A stretch of DNA of 37,100 bases, taken from the IMG/VR virus record IMGVR_UViG_2718218139_000003; one strand, given 5' to 3'. This stretch comes from a virus (Duplodnaviria > Heunggongvirae > Uroviricota > Caudoviricetes). Both the position numbers and the translations under genes were made by a program. The notes beneath the pieces are model-generated. The model was given only the letters and a program-made list of their open reading frames with translations, made no database searches and was not told where the DNA came from. Each line of letters opens with the position of its first letter. The stretch's first letter is position 1. Shown here piece by piece: positions 6,319-16,547 of the stretch.

Positions 6319-9112
6319 TATCCGGGTCGCTTTCAGCGCCGTTGACAGGCTGACCCGGCCTGCCGAAAACGCCCGCCGCCTGATGGGGCAGTTTGGTGAC
6401 TCCATCCAGCGAACGCAGGGGGCGATCAAAAATCTCGAGCGTCAGGCGCGTTCATTTGAGCGCGCCCGTGACGCTGTCAGTAAAGCGGATGCTGGCATCG
6501 TGAAAGCACGACGCCAGCTTAACGCCCTTAATCAGTTACAACGCACGGGTACAGTACTCAGCGAAAAACAACAAAAGCTGATGCAGCAGTTAAGCACCCG
6601 GCTTGAACGCCTGAATGAATCGCGCACACGGGAAATTCAGAAAATGCGGGAGCTTGGCGGAGAGCTGAAACGCCACGGCATTTCCCTGACAGGCAGTGAT
6701 AACACCATCCAGCAGGCCATCAGACGCACCGAACAGTACAACAACCAGCTTGAACGCGAACGGCAGGCGCTTGCGCGTGTAACGCGGGCGCGTGAGCGGT
6801 ATTCGCGCGCGCAGGAAACAGCGGGAAAACTGAAAACAGGTGGTGCGCTGGCAATTGGTGCGGCAGCGGCGGGCGGCTATGCTGCCGGGCGTTTTTTGCA
6901 GCCTGCGATCGGGTTCGGCAAAGAGATGTCCCGCGTTCAGGCACTGACGCGAATCGACCAGAACAGCCCGCAGTTTAAGGCGCTGCGTGAGCAGGCGTTA
7001 AAACTTGGCTCTGAAACGCAGTTCACCGCAGGCGATGCCGCCAGTGGACAGGCATTTCTTGCAATGGCTGGCTTCACTCCGCAGGCCATTCAGGCTGCGC
7101 TTCCCGGCGTGCTGAGCATGGCAACGGCTGGCGGTATGGATCTCGGCGAGACGGCAGATATTGGCTCAAATATCCTGACGCAGTTCGGCCTTTCTGCTGA
7201 CCAGATGGACCGGGTCGGTGACACACTCACCGCAGCGTTTACCCGTACCAACACTGACCTTCGCGCACTGGGCGAAACCATGAAATATGCAGGTCCGGTG
7301 GCGGGTAAGCTGGGAATATCGCTGGAGCAGGCCGCAGCGATGGCTGGCGTGCTGGCGAATATGGGCATCAGAGGGAGTGATGCCGGGACGGCAATGCGTG
7401 CCAGCCTGGCTCGTCTGGCATCACCGCCAAAGGCGGCGGCAGAAGCTCTGAAAGAGCTGGGCGTGTCCGTCTCGGATGCCGGGGGCAAAATGCGCCCGAT
7501 GGAGGATGTGCTGGCCGACCTTTATAAAGCCACCCGCAAATACGGGGAAGTTGACCGGGTATCGTTCTTTAAGGACATTGCCGGAGAAGAGGCTTTCACA
7601 TCGTTTATGGCGCTCGTTGATGCAGCGGGTGACGGTTCCTTACCCAAACTGAGAAAAGAACTTGAAGGCGCGCGCGGTGAGGCTGAACGCACAGCAAAGG
7701 TTATGGCCAACAACCTTGACGGCGATCTGAAATCACTCGGCAGTGCATGGGAAGGGTTGCGCATCCGCATTGCAGATCTGATTGACGGTCCGCTGCGTTC
7801 TGTCACGCAGTGGCTCACGCGGGTGGTATCAAGGGTGACGGCGCTGGCGCAGGCCCATCCGGCACTGACGCGCCAGCTACTGATAGCAGGCGGTGCGTTG
7901 CTGGCAATGACTGCAACGGTTGGCTCGTTGTCGCTGGCTATTGGTGTGCTTGCTGGTCCGCTGGCAAAACTGCGTCTTGGTTTTTCTCTCCTGACCGGAT
8001 CAATGAATGCTGTCAGGGTCCTGCCAGCACTATGGGGAATGGTGACGGGTTCCGTTTCTTTACTGGGAGGCGCTATCGGGGCGCTGTTCAGTCCGGTTGG
8101 TCTTATCGTGGCTGCGCTTGCCGGAGCTGCCGTTCTTATCTGGAAATACTGGGATCCCATCAGGGCATTTTTTGCCGGGGTGTTCAGCGGGATTATGGAA
8201 AGGCTGACCCCGTTGCGCGAAACCTTTGAACGGTTTGGTCCTGTTTTTGACGCCATCGGAAGCGGGATCAGCCAGGTGTTTAACTGGTTTAAATCGCTGC
8301 TGTCACCGATGGAGTCCAGCAAGGAAACGCTGGATAAATGTACCAGTGCTGGCGAGATATTCGGTAACGTTCTTGGCGGTGCGTTACAGCTTGTTCTGAC
8401 ACCTGCAAAAATGTTGCTGGATACGCTGGCGTGGATACTTGAAAAGCTCGGTGTGCTTCCGGATGAAGCGGAAAGGGCGCGCAAGAAAATCGAAGACGCA
8501 CAGCGTGCGGCCATTCTTCAGGACAAGGTTGCCTTGCTTCAGGGGGACCTGGCGAAAATCAATCCGCCGAAGCCTGTGGAAAATGGCAATGGCACCGGAG
8601 GTGATAAACCCAAAGACAACAAACCGCTCACAGACAGCAATACCGGTACGCTACGCAGACTCAGCAAAATTGCTGATAACACAGGTAAGCTGGTTGATGA
8701 GACGAAAAAACGTATTGGCCCCGGCGATATTGTCTTTAAGAACCTGCCCCGCGCACTTGCTGTTCGTGGGGAGTGGCAGGAGCGGAAGATTGCGCAGGTC
8801 AGTAAGCCTGCTTCCGCAATCAACATCACACCCGTGGTCCCGACTCCTCTGCCTCCGGCGCTGGTCCCTGTTGTTGCGGCCAGCTCCCGCCCGGTGGCGG
8901 AGGCCATACGATCGCCAGTGGCATCAGTTCCTGCAGCTTCCCGTAATCGGGAGCCTGCTGTCTCCGGATTTGGCGGTGAAATTCATGTTCATCTGCATAA
9001 CGTTGTTACGCAGAATCCCCGCGAACTGGCGAAACTGGTCGGTGAAATGGTCAGGGCAGAAATGGAACGGCGCGCCCGTGCCGGGCGTGGCAGTTTTTAC
9101 GATAAAGATTGA
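6296..9112 (+). CDS. T: Tail tape measure protein (P2 gpT-like), 938 aa
   Basis: Long coiled-coil N-terminal region, glycine-rich TM-like central region, position after E/E'. Confidence 0.85.
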   Translation: MQIMKTLDIRVAFSAVDRLTRPAENARRLMGQFGDSIQRTQGAIKNLERQARSFERARDAVSKADAGIVKARRQLNALNQLQRTGTVLSEKQQKLMQQLSTRLERLNESRTREIQKMRELGGELKRHGISLTGSDNTIQQAIRRTEQYNNQLERERQALARVTRARERYSRAQETAGKLKTGGALAIGAAAAGGYAAGRFLQPAIGFGKEMSRVQALTRIDQNSPQFKALREQALKLGSETQFTAGDAASGQAFLAMAGFTPQAIQAALPGVLSMATAGGMDLGETADIGSNILTQFGLSADQMDRVGDTLTAAFTRTNTDLRALGETMKYAGPVAGKLGISLEQAAAMAGVLANMGIRGSDAGTAMRASLARLASPPKAAAEALKELGVSVSDAGGKMRPMEDVLADLYKATRKYGEVDRVSFFKDIAGEEAFTSFMALVDAAGDGSLPKLRKELEGARGEAERTAKVMANNLDGDLKSLGSAWEGLRIRIADLIDGPLRSVTQWLTRVVSRVTALAQAHPALTRQLLIAGGALLAMTATVGSLSLAIGVLAGPLAKLRLGFSLLTGSMNAVRVLPALWGMVTGSVSLLGGAIGALFSPVGLIVAALAGAAVLIWKYWDPIRAFFAGVFSGIMERLTPLRETFERFGPVFDAIGSGISQVFNWFKSLLSPMESSKETLDKCTSAGEIFGNVLGGALQLVLTPAKMLLDTLAWILEKLGVLPDEAERARKKIEDAQRAAILQDKVALLQGDLAKINPPKPVENGNGTGGDKPKDNKPLTDSNTGTLRRLSKIADNTGKLVDETKKRIGPGDIVFKNLPRALAVRGEWQERKIAQVSKPASAINITPVVPTPLPPALVPVVAASSRPVAEAIRSPVASVPAASRNREPAVSGFGGEIHVHLHNVVTQNPRELAKLVGEMVRAEMERRARAGRGSFYDKD

Positions 9113-9118
9113 GGAGTC

Positions 9119-9613
9119 ATGGCCATGATGATGATCTATGGCATGTTTGTTTTTGAGCTGCGCACACTGCCGCATCAGCAGTTACAGCAAAACAAAAGCT
9201 GGCGGCATGTGAAAAATGAACGCGTTAACCGTTCAGCAAGCTGGCAGTATATCGGTGCAGGTGATGATCGCATCGTTCTTTCTGGTGTGCTTTATCCTGA
9301 AATTACAGGTGGCGAAGTGTCGCTGTCGCTGCTGACCACGCAGGCGTATACAGGACGACCCTGGCCTTTGATTGATGGCGTCGGGCAGATTTACGGCATG
9401 TATGTCCTGACCGGAACGAATACGACCCGTTCCGAGTTTGATCGCTACGGTAAGGCGAAAAAGATAGAATTTTCACTGACTCTTGAACGCTGTGATGAGG
9501 ATTTGCGGGAGCGCCTGCAATCCTCATCGTTCAGCGATATGTTGTCCGGCTTCAAAGATAAGGTGACATCATCCCTTAATAGCGCGACCAGCTCAGTTAA
9601 GGGGCTGCTCTGA
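9119..9613 (+). CDS. U: Tail protein (P2 gpU-like)
   Basis: 164 aa, directly downstream of the tape measure. Confidence 0.7.
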   Translation: MAMMMIYGMFVFELRTLPHQQLQQNKSWRHVKNERVNRSASWQYIGAGDDRIVLSGVLYPEITGGEVSLSLLTTQAYTGRPWPLIDGVGQIYGMYVLTGTNTTRSEFDRYGKAKKIEFSLTLERCDEDLRERLQSSSFSDMLSGFKDKVTSSLNSATSSVKGLL

Positions 9614-9769
9614 TTTAACGTATGTCGCCAATTTCCTGATGAAGGTGACTGGCGACTTGCTGTTGTATGTCCTTCTCAGAAAATTGTTTTTGAATAACAA
9701 ACAACAGGATTTTATAATCTCTTAACCTTATAATATGTGTGGTCTGAAATAATAATTAAGGAGATTATC

Positions 9770-10342
9770 GTGCTGTCTTACTTAATGGCAATTCACTTTG
9801 TTTTATTTGGGAACTCTACTAATTTAAAAAACTTCTGGAAATATGAAGTAATTCGGCGGAAACGTATGGATATCTGGAGGCTTTTAAGAGAGAAAAAACA
9901 GCGTAACCGGAATTTCCTTTTCTGGTGGCGGTTGGCTAACGAAATGTATATTAATGGTAATAAATTACATAAGAAAGCAGCCAAAAAGTTAAACAGTAAA
10001 ATAATTAACAAATTTGGTTGTGAAATTGGATTGGGCGCAAATATTGGAAAAGGGTTAACAATTCCCCATCATGCTGGAATTGTTGTTCATTTTGCTGTTG
10101 ATGCTGGTGAAAATCTGGTGTTACGACAGAATACTACCATTGGACAGATAGATGGTGACATGCCTGGTTCAAGAGTAAAAATTGGTAGTAACGTTGATAT
10201 CGGAGCTAATTGTTGCATCATTGGATTATCACGTAAAATTGGGGATAATGTAAAAATAGGTGCAATGTCTTTTATAAATAAAGATATACCATCGAACTGC
10301 ACATATATAACTAAAAAGAGCGGTGTTGTATTGTATAAATAG
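9770..10342 (+). CDS. Hexapeptide-repeat acetyltransferase (CysE/WcaB/NodL-like left-handed beta-helix), AT-rich cargo gene
   Basis: Strong RBS taaggag 7 bp before GTG 9770; [LIV]-G-x-x-x-x-I hexapeptide repeats (IGANIGKGLTI, IGSNVDIGANCCIIG, IGDNVKIGAMSFI); markedly lower GC than flanking phage genes. Confidence 0.7.
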   Translation: MLSYLMAIHFVLFGNSTNLKNFWKYEVIRRKRMDIWRLLREKKQRNRNFLFWWRLANEMYINGNKLHKKAAKKLNSKIINKFGCEIGLGANIGKGLTIPHHAGIVVHFAVDAGENLVLRQNTTIGQIDGDMPGSRVKIGSNVDIGANCCIIGLSRKIGDNVKIGAMSFINKDIPSNCTYITKKSGVVLYK

Positions 10343-10350
10343 AGTACATA

Positions 10351-10385
10351 AAGCCATCTATATTTCTGTCGATGGCTTTTTCTCT
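10351..10385 (+). terminator. Rho-independent terminator (aagccatc...gatggctt + TTTTCTCTTT), potentially bidirectional between the acetyltransferase and G
   Basis: 8-bp stem followed by T-tract immediately after the acetyltransferase stop. Confidence 0.55.
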
Positions 10386-10964
10386 TTATTGTGGGGCGAC
10401 TGGCCACTCAACATCCGCTGCTACCGCTGTATTAACACGATTCAACAATACCCGGTATGTCTTCCATGCAGCCAGTAACGATGCCTCTTCCTCCGTTGCA
10501 ATATCCAAATCTACGGCATCCTGAAGTGGCGCAATATGCTCGCTGGCTACCTGCATCAGGCTGTTTTTTGTTTCTTCCGCCTCCCTTATCCGAAACAGTT
10601 TTTCTGCTTCTGCATCTTTCACCCAGGATGTGCCGTTCCACTTCTGATACTCTCCATCCGGCGACAACCAGGTAACATTTTCCGGTAATGGACCGAGTTC
10701 AGAAATAAATAACGAGTCCCCTGATGCCACGTCATAAACCGTTTTACCCCGATGGTCTTCAACGAGATGCCACGATGCCTCATCACTGTTGAAAACGGCC
10801 ACGAAGCCAGCCGGAATATCTGGCGGGGCAATATCGGTACTGTTTGCAGGCAGACCTGTATGAGGTGGAATGTATGCATCACCTTCACCAATAAACTCAT
10901 TGGTTCCGGTCAGTAGATTATAAATTTTTATGGTCCGTGATTGTTCACTCATTCTGAATGTCAT
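10386..10964 (-). CDS. G: Tail fibre assembly protein (P2 gpG / Tfa-like)
   Basis: 192 aa directly downstream of the tail fibre gene. Confidence 0.75.
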   Translation of the reverse strand: MTFRMSEQSRTIKIYNLLTGTNEFIGEGDAYIPPHTGLPANSTDIAPPDIPAGFVAVFNSDEASWHLVEDHRGKTVYDVASGDSLFISELGPLPENVTWLSPDGEYQKWNGTSWVKDAEAEKLFRIREAEETKNSLMQVASEHIAPLQDAVDLDIATEEEASLLAAWKTYRVLLNRVNTAVAADVEWPVAPQ

Positions 10965-13101
10965 TATGCAAGCCTCACAATATAGTTAAATGCGATGTTT
11001 TTTACGGTGTTTTCTGCGTTCCCCGTAGCATTAACGGTGATGGTGTGTCCGTGGGGACCAATAATGACAGAATGGGCATGAGCACCAATGCCGATAGTGT
11101 GGTTATGGGCACCGATATATACATTGTGAGCATGCCCTCCTGCGCTCGACGTGGTACCAGTACCTAACGCAGCGTTATAACCGGCTGATACACCATTCCC
11201 CGCGCCAGTGTGACCAACAGGTATATTGTGTGAATGAGCTCCTGCGCTATTTGTGGTTTTTGTGCCGTAATCAAATGAACTGGTCGTTTTAGTACCGTAA
11301 TCAAACGACGATGTGGTTTTCGTCCCCAAATCAGTACTGGATGCGCTGGCGCTGTGGGTGTGCGATTTAATGCCGTCCTGTTCCTGAGACAATACGGCAC
11401 GACCACTGGCAGGTTTGCCCTTGATAGTCCAGCCACGCATATCAGGGATCACGCCTGACGGATAAGCGACTGCAAGTTTCGGGTATGCAGATTTGTCAAA
11501 AGTCTGCCCTTGCATCAGGGCATAACCAGACGGAACGGTATCTGATGGCCACGGAATCGGTGCACCGACTGGATAAAACTCTTCAGGAGGATGAGCCGAG
11601 GTGTAAAGCTGCGCCCACGGCGACCAGTTTGCGTCGGTCGTATCCCGTCGTGAACGAATAAATGCCGGAGCATGAGCACCGCTTATACCACTCCAGCCGA
11701 TGAGTAATTCGCCTTCGCCAACGGCTGTCATCCCTTTCAGGTGAATGATATTTCCATACGTTGTTGGATATCCGTTGTTATACGCCTCGTATAACTCCAG
11801 ACCTGTGGCCCCCTGCATATTATCTGTCAGGGCGGTCAGCCGACCTTTTGAAGCCAGATTAACTGACGATACTGCTGTCCCATCTGACGGTAACGCCCCG
11901 ATCTCTGATGCTGTTGGCTTATTCCTGGAGTTATAGTCCCTTCGCCAGCCAGGAGCATAAGCATCACCATGATTAATATAAGTAAATTGAGCATTAGGGA
12001 TGCCTTCACCGCTGGATGTACTCGGTGTGGTAATGCGTATGGTCATTGCGCCGCGGGTGCCAATAACTTCCACAACAGCACCTGCAAGACAAATATTTCC
12101 GCAACCTGTATCTGTAATGACCTTATTACTTGCATAAGCCCATGAGCCTTTGCACATCCAGTAAGGATGGTTAAATGCCCCCTGACTCTCTAGCCAAAAA
12201 ATCAACTGCGCAGTTGTCCATGCTTCACTATCTCCACCAATATTCAGCTCTGCACTATATGCACGGCAGGCACCGATATTTTTCGTAAAGGTGTCTTTGT
12301 CAGAGATATCCTCACCATTCTTAGCTTTCTGCAGACGTTTTTCAGCATTGTCATAGGCAGCTTTTACTGCATTTGATGTTGCCGCCAGCGTTTCAGATGT
12401 ACTGTTGGTTGCACTACTAAGCTGGACAAGGCCTTTTCGCGCTGTTGTTGCGTCCTGAGCGGTATATTTCCCGTTAGCAAGGTCATGTCATAGGCTGTCT
12501 TGACCGCTTTCGGCGTTGCGGCCAGTGCTTCAGACGTGCTGTTAGTGGCGCTACTGAGTTGAACAAAGCCTTTTGCGGTCAGCGAGGCGTCCGGGTGACG
12601 TCGTGACTGTTCATGTTCTTTCAGTTTGTCATTCACGTAATCCACTGTGGCCATCACCATGGTGTTATCCACGGTAAGCGCCACGGTAGCAGTGCTGGAT
12701 ACGGTCAGAATGGTGCGAAATGTTTGTGCACGTCCGGACCCCTCGGCAACGGTTGGTTTGTAACTTTCGGCAGTATTGCCCACCGCGATTAAATCGCCGT
12801 GCTCATCAAATACACCAATTTCCCGGATCCAGAATCCGCCCGTTTCAGGAGGAATAACCAGCTCCGCAATAATGCGGTTCTGATGTGTTGCGTCCAGGAT
12901 GACGCGATTAACAGTATGTCGCCACACCTCATGCACCAGACGGGTCTGCTTACTGTCTGGTGTGGGCAACGTGCCGCCACCGTCGCCCACGGCCATGTGA
13001 GTCAGGCGGACAGGATTACCATCTGGCGCGGCTGCCTGAGCTAATTTTTTGGCACCAGTATCAGTGATAATGGTTTTAAATTTTCGTGTTGTGGTACTCA
13101 T
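10964..13101 (-). pseudogene. H: Tail fibre protein (P2 gpH-like) disrupted by a 1-nt frameshift near 12477; N-terminal frame 12364-13101, C-terminal frame 10964-12500
   Basis: N-terminal ORF reads ...[15 protein letters not shown] then goes out of frame; the other frame continues ...[34 protein letters not shown]..., i.e. a second copy of the internal repeat; restoring one G rejoins the frames. Confidence 0.75.
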
Positions 13102-13103
13102 GC

Positions 13104-13667
13104 TTAATCGTCCGGATAAATGGTAATGACTTCACCGTCGTAAGTTGCTGCCGCCGCGAAAATATCCCCCGGGATCTCCTGAATGATATTCAGCCCTGTC
13201 ATGTGGCGGCTGACCGGGCGGGCATCAGCAATCAACCGCTCCATTTCCAGATACATTTCCTCCGTCACGCCACTGTCCAGCGTGCCGACTTCAACGGTAA
13301 ATGTTCCCGGTTCTCCGCCGAACTCCCACCACTCAGACACACGAATGAGGTATCCCAGCGGCTCAATGGCCCGGCGCAGTGCGCTGATGGTCCCTTTGTG
13401 TCGGTGTATCAGCCATGCATCACGAATCACCTGTCGCTTTGTCTCTTCCGGCCAGTTGCGATCCCAGCGGTCAACGGAAAATGCCCAGGCGAGATAAGGC
13501 AGCAGATGCACCGGGCAGGTGTCCGGCGACCACAGCGTGTTGAGGTCTACCGGAATGTCTGTAATGCGCGTTCCGACAGCTTCGGCACAACGCATGAAAT
13601 TGCTGGCTGATGGCGGTAACAGTGAATTACTCATTACGCCCACCTTCGCTGATGGTGAATGACTCAC
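13104..13667 (-). CDS. I: Baseplate protein (P2 gpI-like)
   Basis: Synteny and size. Confidence 0.7.
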   Translation of the reverse strand: MSHSPSAKVGVMSNSLLPPSASNFMRCAEAVGTRITDIPVDLNTLWSPDTCPVHLLPYLAWAFSVDRWDRNWPEETKRQVIRDAWLIHRHKGTISALRRAIEPLGYLIRVSEWWEFGGEPGTFTVEVGTLDSGVTEEMYLEMERLIADARPVSRHMTGLNIIQEIPGDIFAAAATYDGEVITIYPDD

Positions 13668-14523
13668 AGCGCGCCGCCTGTATGTCGCTGATGGCCATAT
13701 TTTGTGTGGGTTCGATTATCTCCACGCGTTGCACACCGTGCACATGCAGTGCGGCAGCAATGGCTGACAACGCCACGTCCTGACCGATAAGCCCCTGCTC
13801 AGACAGCCACTTCCTGAACGACGATTCCGCCGCGGCCAGAATAGGTTCGGATTCCGGGCCGGGGTAAAAGTACAGTTTTGCATTCAGCCGCCATGTCACG
13901 ATTCTGGCACTCTGTACGGTCAGGCGGTCGGCCACCGGGCGGGTATCCTCTGCATTCAGAACGGCGCGAACGGTATTAAGCAACGCCTCCGTTGCTGTGC
14001 CGTCGCCCTCAGTGGACAGGATGGAAACCGTCACGTTGGCCGGAGACGGGCTGATGGCCCGCGCATCGCGTACCAGACCGCTGGCGCTGCGTGCAAAATA
14101 CTCGTATGCACCTGACGGGCCAGCAACACTCAGACCGTCATATGCCCGTTGCGCCCGTAGTCTCAGCGAGGTGTCACTTTCCATCACTGCGTCGGTGGTA
14201 TCCGTTGCCGGAGTGATAACCAGGCGCTTTGTGTTCATATTGCCCGCGAGGTTGTCCAGGTCTGTCCCGGCGCTGTGGCTTAGCATGCAGGCGCGTGCAC
14301 CCTCATTGACCCGCTGGCGTAACAGCATTTCACGAAAAGACATGGTTTGAGCGATAACGTTCAGGGGTTCCGATTCCAGCTCCAGCGCGGCGGAGACGGC
14401 TTCACGCTGTTCGGCAGGATAGGACGCAATCATCATGGCCTTTGTGTCAGCCAGAATTGCCTCAAAATCAGGCTCCGCGATGATGGCGGGTTCCGGTAAC
14501 TGGGAAAGGTCAACAGCAGGCAT
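13627..14523 (-). CDS. J: Baseplate protein (P2 gpJ-like)
   Basis: 298 aa; synteny. Confidence 0.75.
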   Translation of the reverse strand: MPAVDLSQLPEPAIIAEPDFEAILADTKAMMIASYPAEQREAVSAALELESEPLNVIAQTMSFREMLLRQRVNEGARACMLSHSAGTDLDNLAGNMNTKRLVITPATDTTDAVMESDTSLRLRAQRAYDGLSVAGPSGAYEYFARSASGLVRDARAISPSPANVTVSILSTEGDGTATEALLNTVRAVLNAEDTRPVADRLTVQSARIVTWRLNAKLYFYPGPESEPILAAAESSFRKWLSEQGLIGQDVALSAIAAALHVHGVQRVEIIEPTQNMAISDIQAARCESFTISEGGRNE

Positions 14524-14526
14524 GAT

Positions 14527-14877
14527 TTACTCTCTCAGTGTGATGGTTAATTCAACATTCTGCATGGTCTGCATGACAGTGCCCGACAGCGTCACCCCGG
14601 CGCGGCCTCCTGCCTTCCAGACAACGTCGATGGCGTCCAGGGCAATGCGGGGTTCCCATCGTGTCAGCGCAATCACGGCAGCACTCATGCATTGCAGACG
14701 AGTTGTGTTATTCATGGGTTCGTCAATCAAATCAGGCACAAGGCTGCCATATTCCCGTCGCATAACCCGGCTTGCCAGCGGGGTGGTCAGGATGTCCCTG
14801 ACTGACTGTTTCAGGTGCTCCGTATCGTTCAGGTTTCCCGTCCCGTCCGGATTCATTCCTGTGTAGCGGGTTGTCAC
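14527..14877 (-). CDS. W: Baseplate wedge protein (P2 gpW-like)
   Basis: 116 aa; synteny. Confidence 0.75.
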   Translation of the reverse strand: MTTRYTGMNPDGTGNLNDTEHLKQSVRDILTTPLASRVMRREYGSLVPDLIDEPMNNTTRLQCMSAAVIALTRWEPRIALDAIDVVWKAGGRAGVTLSGTVMQTMQNVELTITLRE

Positions 14878-15455
14878 TGCGGGCCTCCTGTCGAATCGCT
14901 GCCGCCTTTCACGCCACCGTGTTTATGCGTATGCACGGTAATACCGTTTGAGGTGAAGTTGCCGCCGCTGTGCGTGATATTGCCGCTCATCTTTCCCCCT
15001 TTTGTGACGTCAAGCGTCGCCGTTCTCAGAAGGTCTGTGCATTCCACGACGGGCGTGTCCAGTGTCACGCTGACGGATGCCTGCAGGCTGGCTGTTTTCA
15101 TGCCGCTGGCGCTCAGTGCGCCTGCGTCCGCGTCGTAGCGGAACACCGCGCCATCCGGCGCGCTGACCACGATTTCTTTCAGGCTTTTGCCGGGGGCCGG
15201 ACTGGCATCACTCCACAGGCTGCCAATTATCATGGCGGTTTCCGGGTTGCCGCCAATGCAGGCAATTACCACCTGTTCGCCTGGTGATGGCGGCAGCCAC
15301 ACATTGAAGGCTCCCGCGCGCGTGGTGTTCCAGCGCAGCCAGCCTGTTTCCAGTTCGCCGCTGCGAACGCGCACGCGCCAGGACTTTTCATCAACTTCAG
15401 AGATGATCCCGGTGCGGATGATATTGCTCAGCAGTCGCATGAGTTCTGCGCTCAC
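14874..15455 (-). CDS. V: Baseplate spike/assembly protein (P2 gpV-like)
   Basis: 193 aa; synteny. Confidence 0.7.
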   Translation of the reverse strand: MSAELMRLLSNIIRTGIISEVDEKSWRVRVRSGELETGWLRWNTTRAGAFNVWLPPSPGEQVVIACIGGNPETAMIIGSLWSDASPAPGKSLKEIVVSAPDGAVFRYDADAGALSASGMKTASLQASVSVTLDTPVVECTDLLRTATLDVTKGGKMSGNITHSGGNFTSNGITVHTHKHGGVKGGSDSTGGPQ

Positions 15456-16096
15456 CGTACAGCCTCCGCAATCCGGCCCAGCACCGTGTTATAAATCAGG
15501 CGTTCATCTGCCTGACTGATGCCCAACAGCTCACGTACCGGGTAATCGGTGAAAATGCCCGGCGCAACCTGATCGCGCTCACCGAACTGATGAACGCGTG
15601 CAATACGTGCGGCCACGCCGCTGTAACCCACCGTCACACCGGAAGCATCTGCACGGGCTTTCAGGTAGCGGGCGGTGCGCAGTTTTACGAACATGGGGAC
15701 GCGCTTTGTGCTGTCCTGGTTGATGCGCCGGGTGCGTATTTCCAGAAAACGGTCGATGTCATCCCGGTAAAACGTGCGGATATTGTTTTTATCCTCATCC
15801 CACCCGGTAATGGTTCGCCCGTATTTCCCCGTGTCGTGATGCCAGTTTTTCAGCGTGCGTGCTTCGTTATTCCAGATAAAGCGAATGCGCTCCTGTATCC
15901 GGGTTACGCGGCGTCTGCGTGGTGTCCATGCGGTCCCGTCCGGCGCTTTCTGTGACCGGATACGTGCCTGCTGGGCGCGGCGTAAATCCTGTGCCAGCTT
16001 TCTGGCGATGTTATTGATGGCCTGCTGATTCAGGCTGTCGCGGATAGCCTCAAAGGTTTCATCCACGCGGGTGAATGCCTTATCCATCGCTTTCAC
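15452..16096 (-). CDS. S: Virion morphogenesis / tail completion protein (gpS-like)
   Basis: Position between R and V; overlapping start/stop with neighbours. Confidence 0.6.
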   Translation of the reverse strand: MKAMDKAFTRVDETFEAIRDSLNQQAINNIARKLAQDLRRAQQARIRSQKAPDGTAWTPRRRRVTRIQERIRFIWNNEARTLKNWHHDTGKYGRTITGWDEDKNNIRTFYRDDIDRFLEIRTRRINQDSTKRVPMFVKLRTARYLKARADASGVTVGYSGVAARIARVHQFGERDQVAPGIFTDYPVRELLGISQADERLIYNTVLGRIAEAVR

Positions 16097-16547
16097 CCCA
16101 CGTCACATCCTGGAATACATGCGACCAGTCGCCTTCGGAAGAGGGCAGACGGGGTTTTGGCTCCGGCAGGTGTTCTGCCTGCGGTGTGCCCTGACTGCTG
16201 CGCGTGATGCGAACGCGTTCCCGCAGGGGGAGCGTAAACAGGAGATCGGCGCTGTCATCGTCATTGATAACGGCGGAAAATTTGATGTCCTGATTACGCT
16301 CCGGATTGAGCAACAACTGTGGCTGATTTTCGGATAACCACGCCAGCAGCGGCAGCGTGAGGTCGTCCAGCTCTCCGGCGTAATCCATGACAAACATCAC
16401 CATCTGATAGCGGTAAACAAACGAGGGCGTTTCTCCGGTCGTTTCAATGTTGCCGCTCTCCACGAAAATGGTGAATTTTTCCGGGTTAGCCTGACACCAT
16501 CGGCATGAACGGGTCATGGCTTCACGCAGGGAATCAGTTTTCAGCAT
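16080..16547 (-). CDS. R: Tail completion protein (P2 gpR-like)
   Basis: 155 aa; synteny. Confidence 0.65.
   Translation of the reverse strand: MLKTDSLREAMTRSCRWCQANPEKFTIFVESGNIETTGETPSFVYRYQMVMFVMDYAGELDDLTLPLLAWLSENQPQLLLNPERNQDIKFSAVINDDDSADLLFTLPLRERVRITRSSQGTPQAEHLPEPKPRLPSSEGDWSHVFQDVTWGESDG

Noticed and set aside
7522-8514. 330-aa minus-strand ORF (and several other long ORFs at 7090-7488, 8439-9128, 8539-8907) inside the tape measure gene
   Set aside because: Antisense or out-of-frame shadow ORFs within a GC-rich, Ala/Gly-rich gene; low-complexity Ser/Arg/Pro-rich translations; no RBS or operon logic.
9737-10342. Acetyltransferase as an Oac-type O-antigen acetyltransferase of Shigella serotype-converting phages
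   Set aside because: Oac proteins are integral membrane acyltransferases of over 300 aa; this protein is a soluble hexapeptide-repeat enzyme, so only a generic CysE/WcaB-like call is supported.
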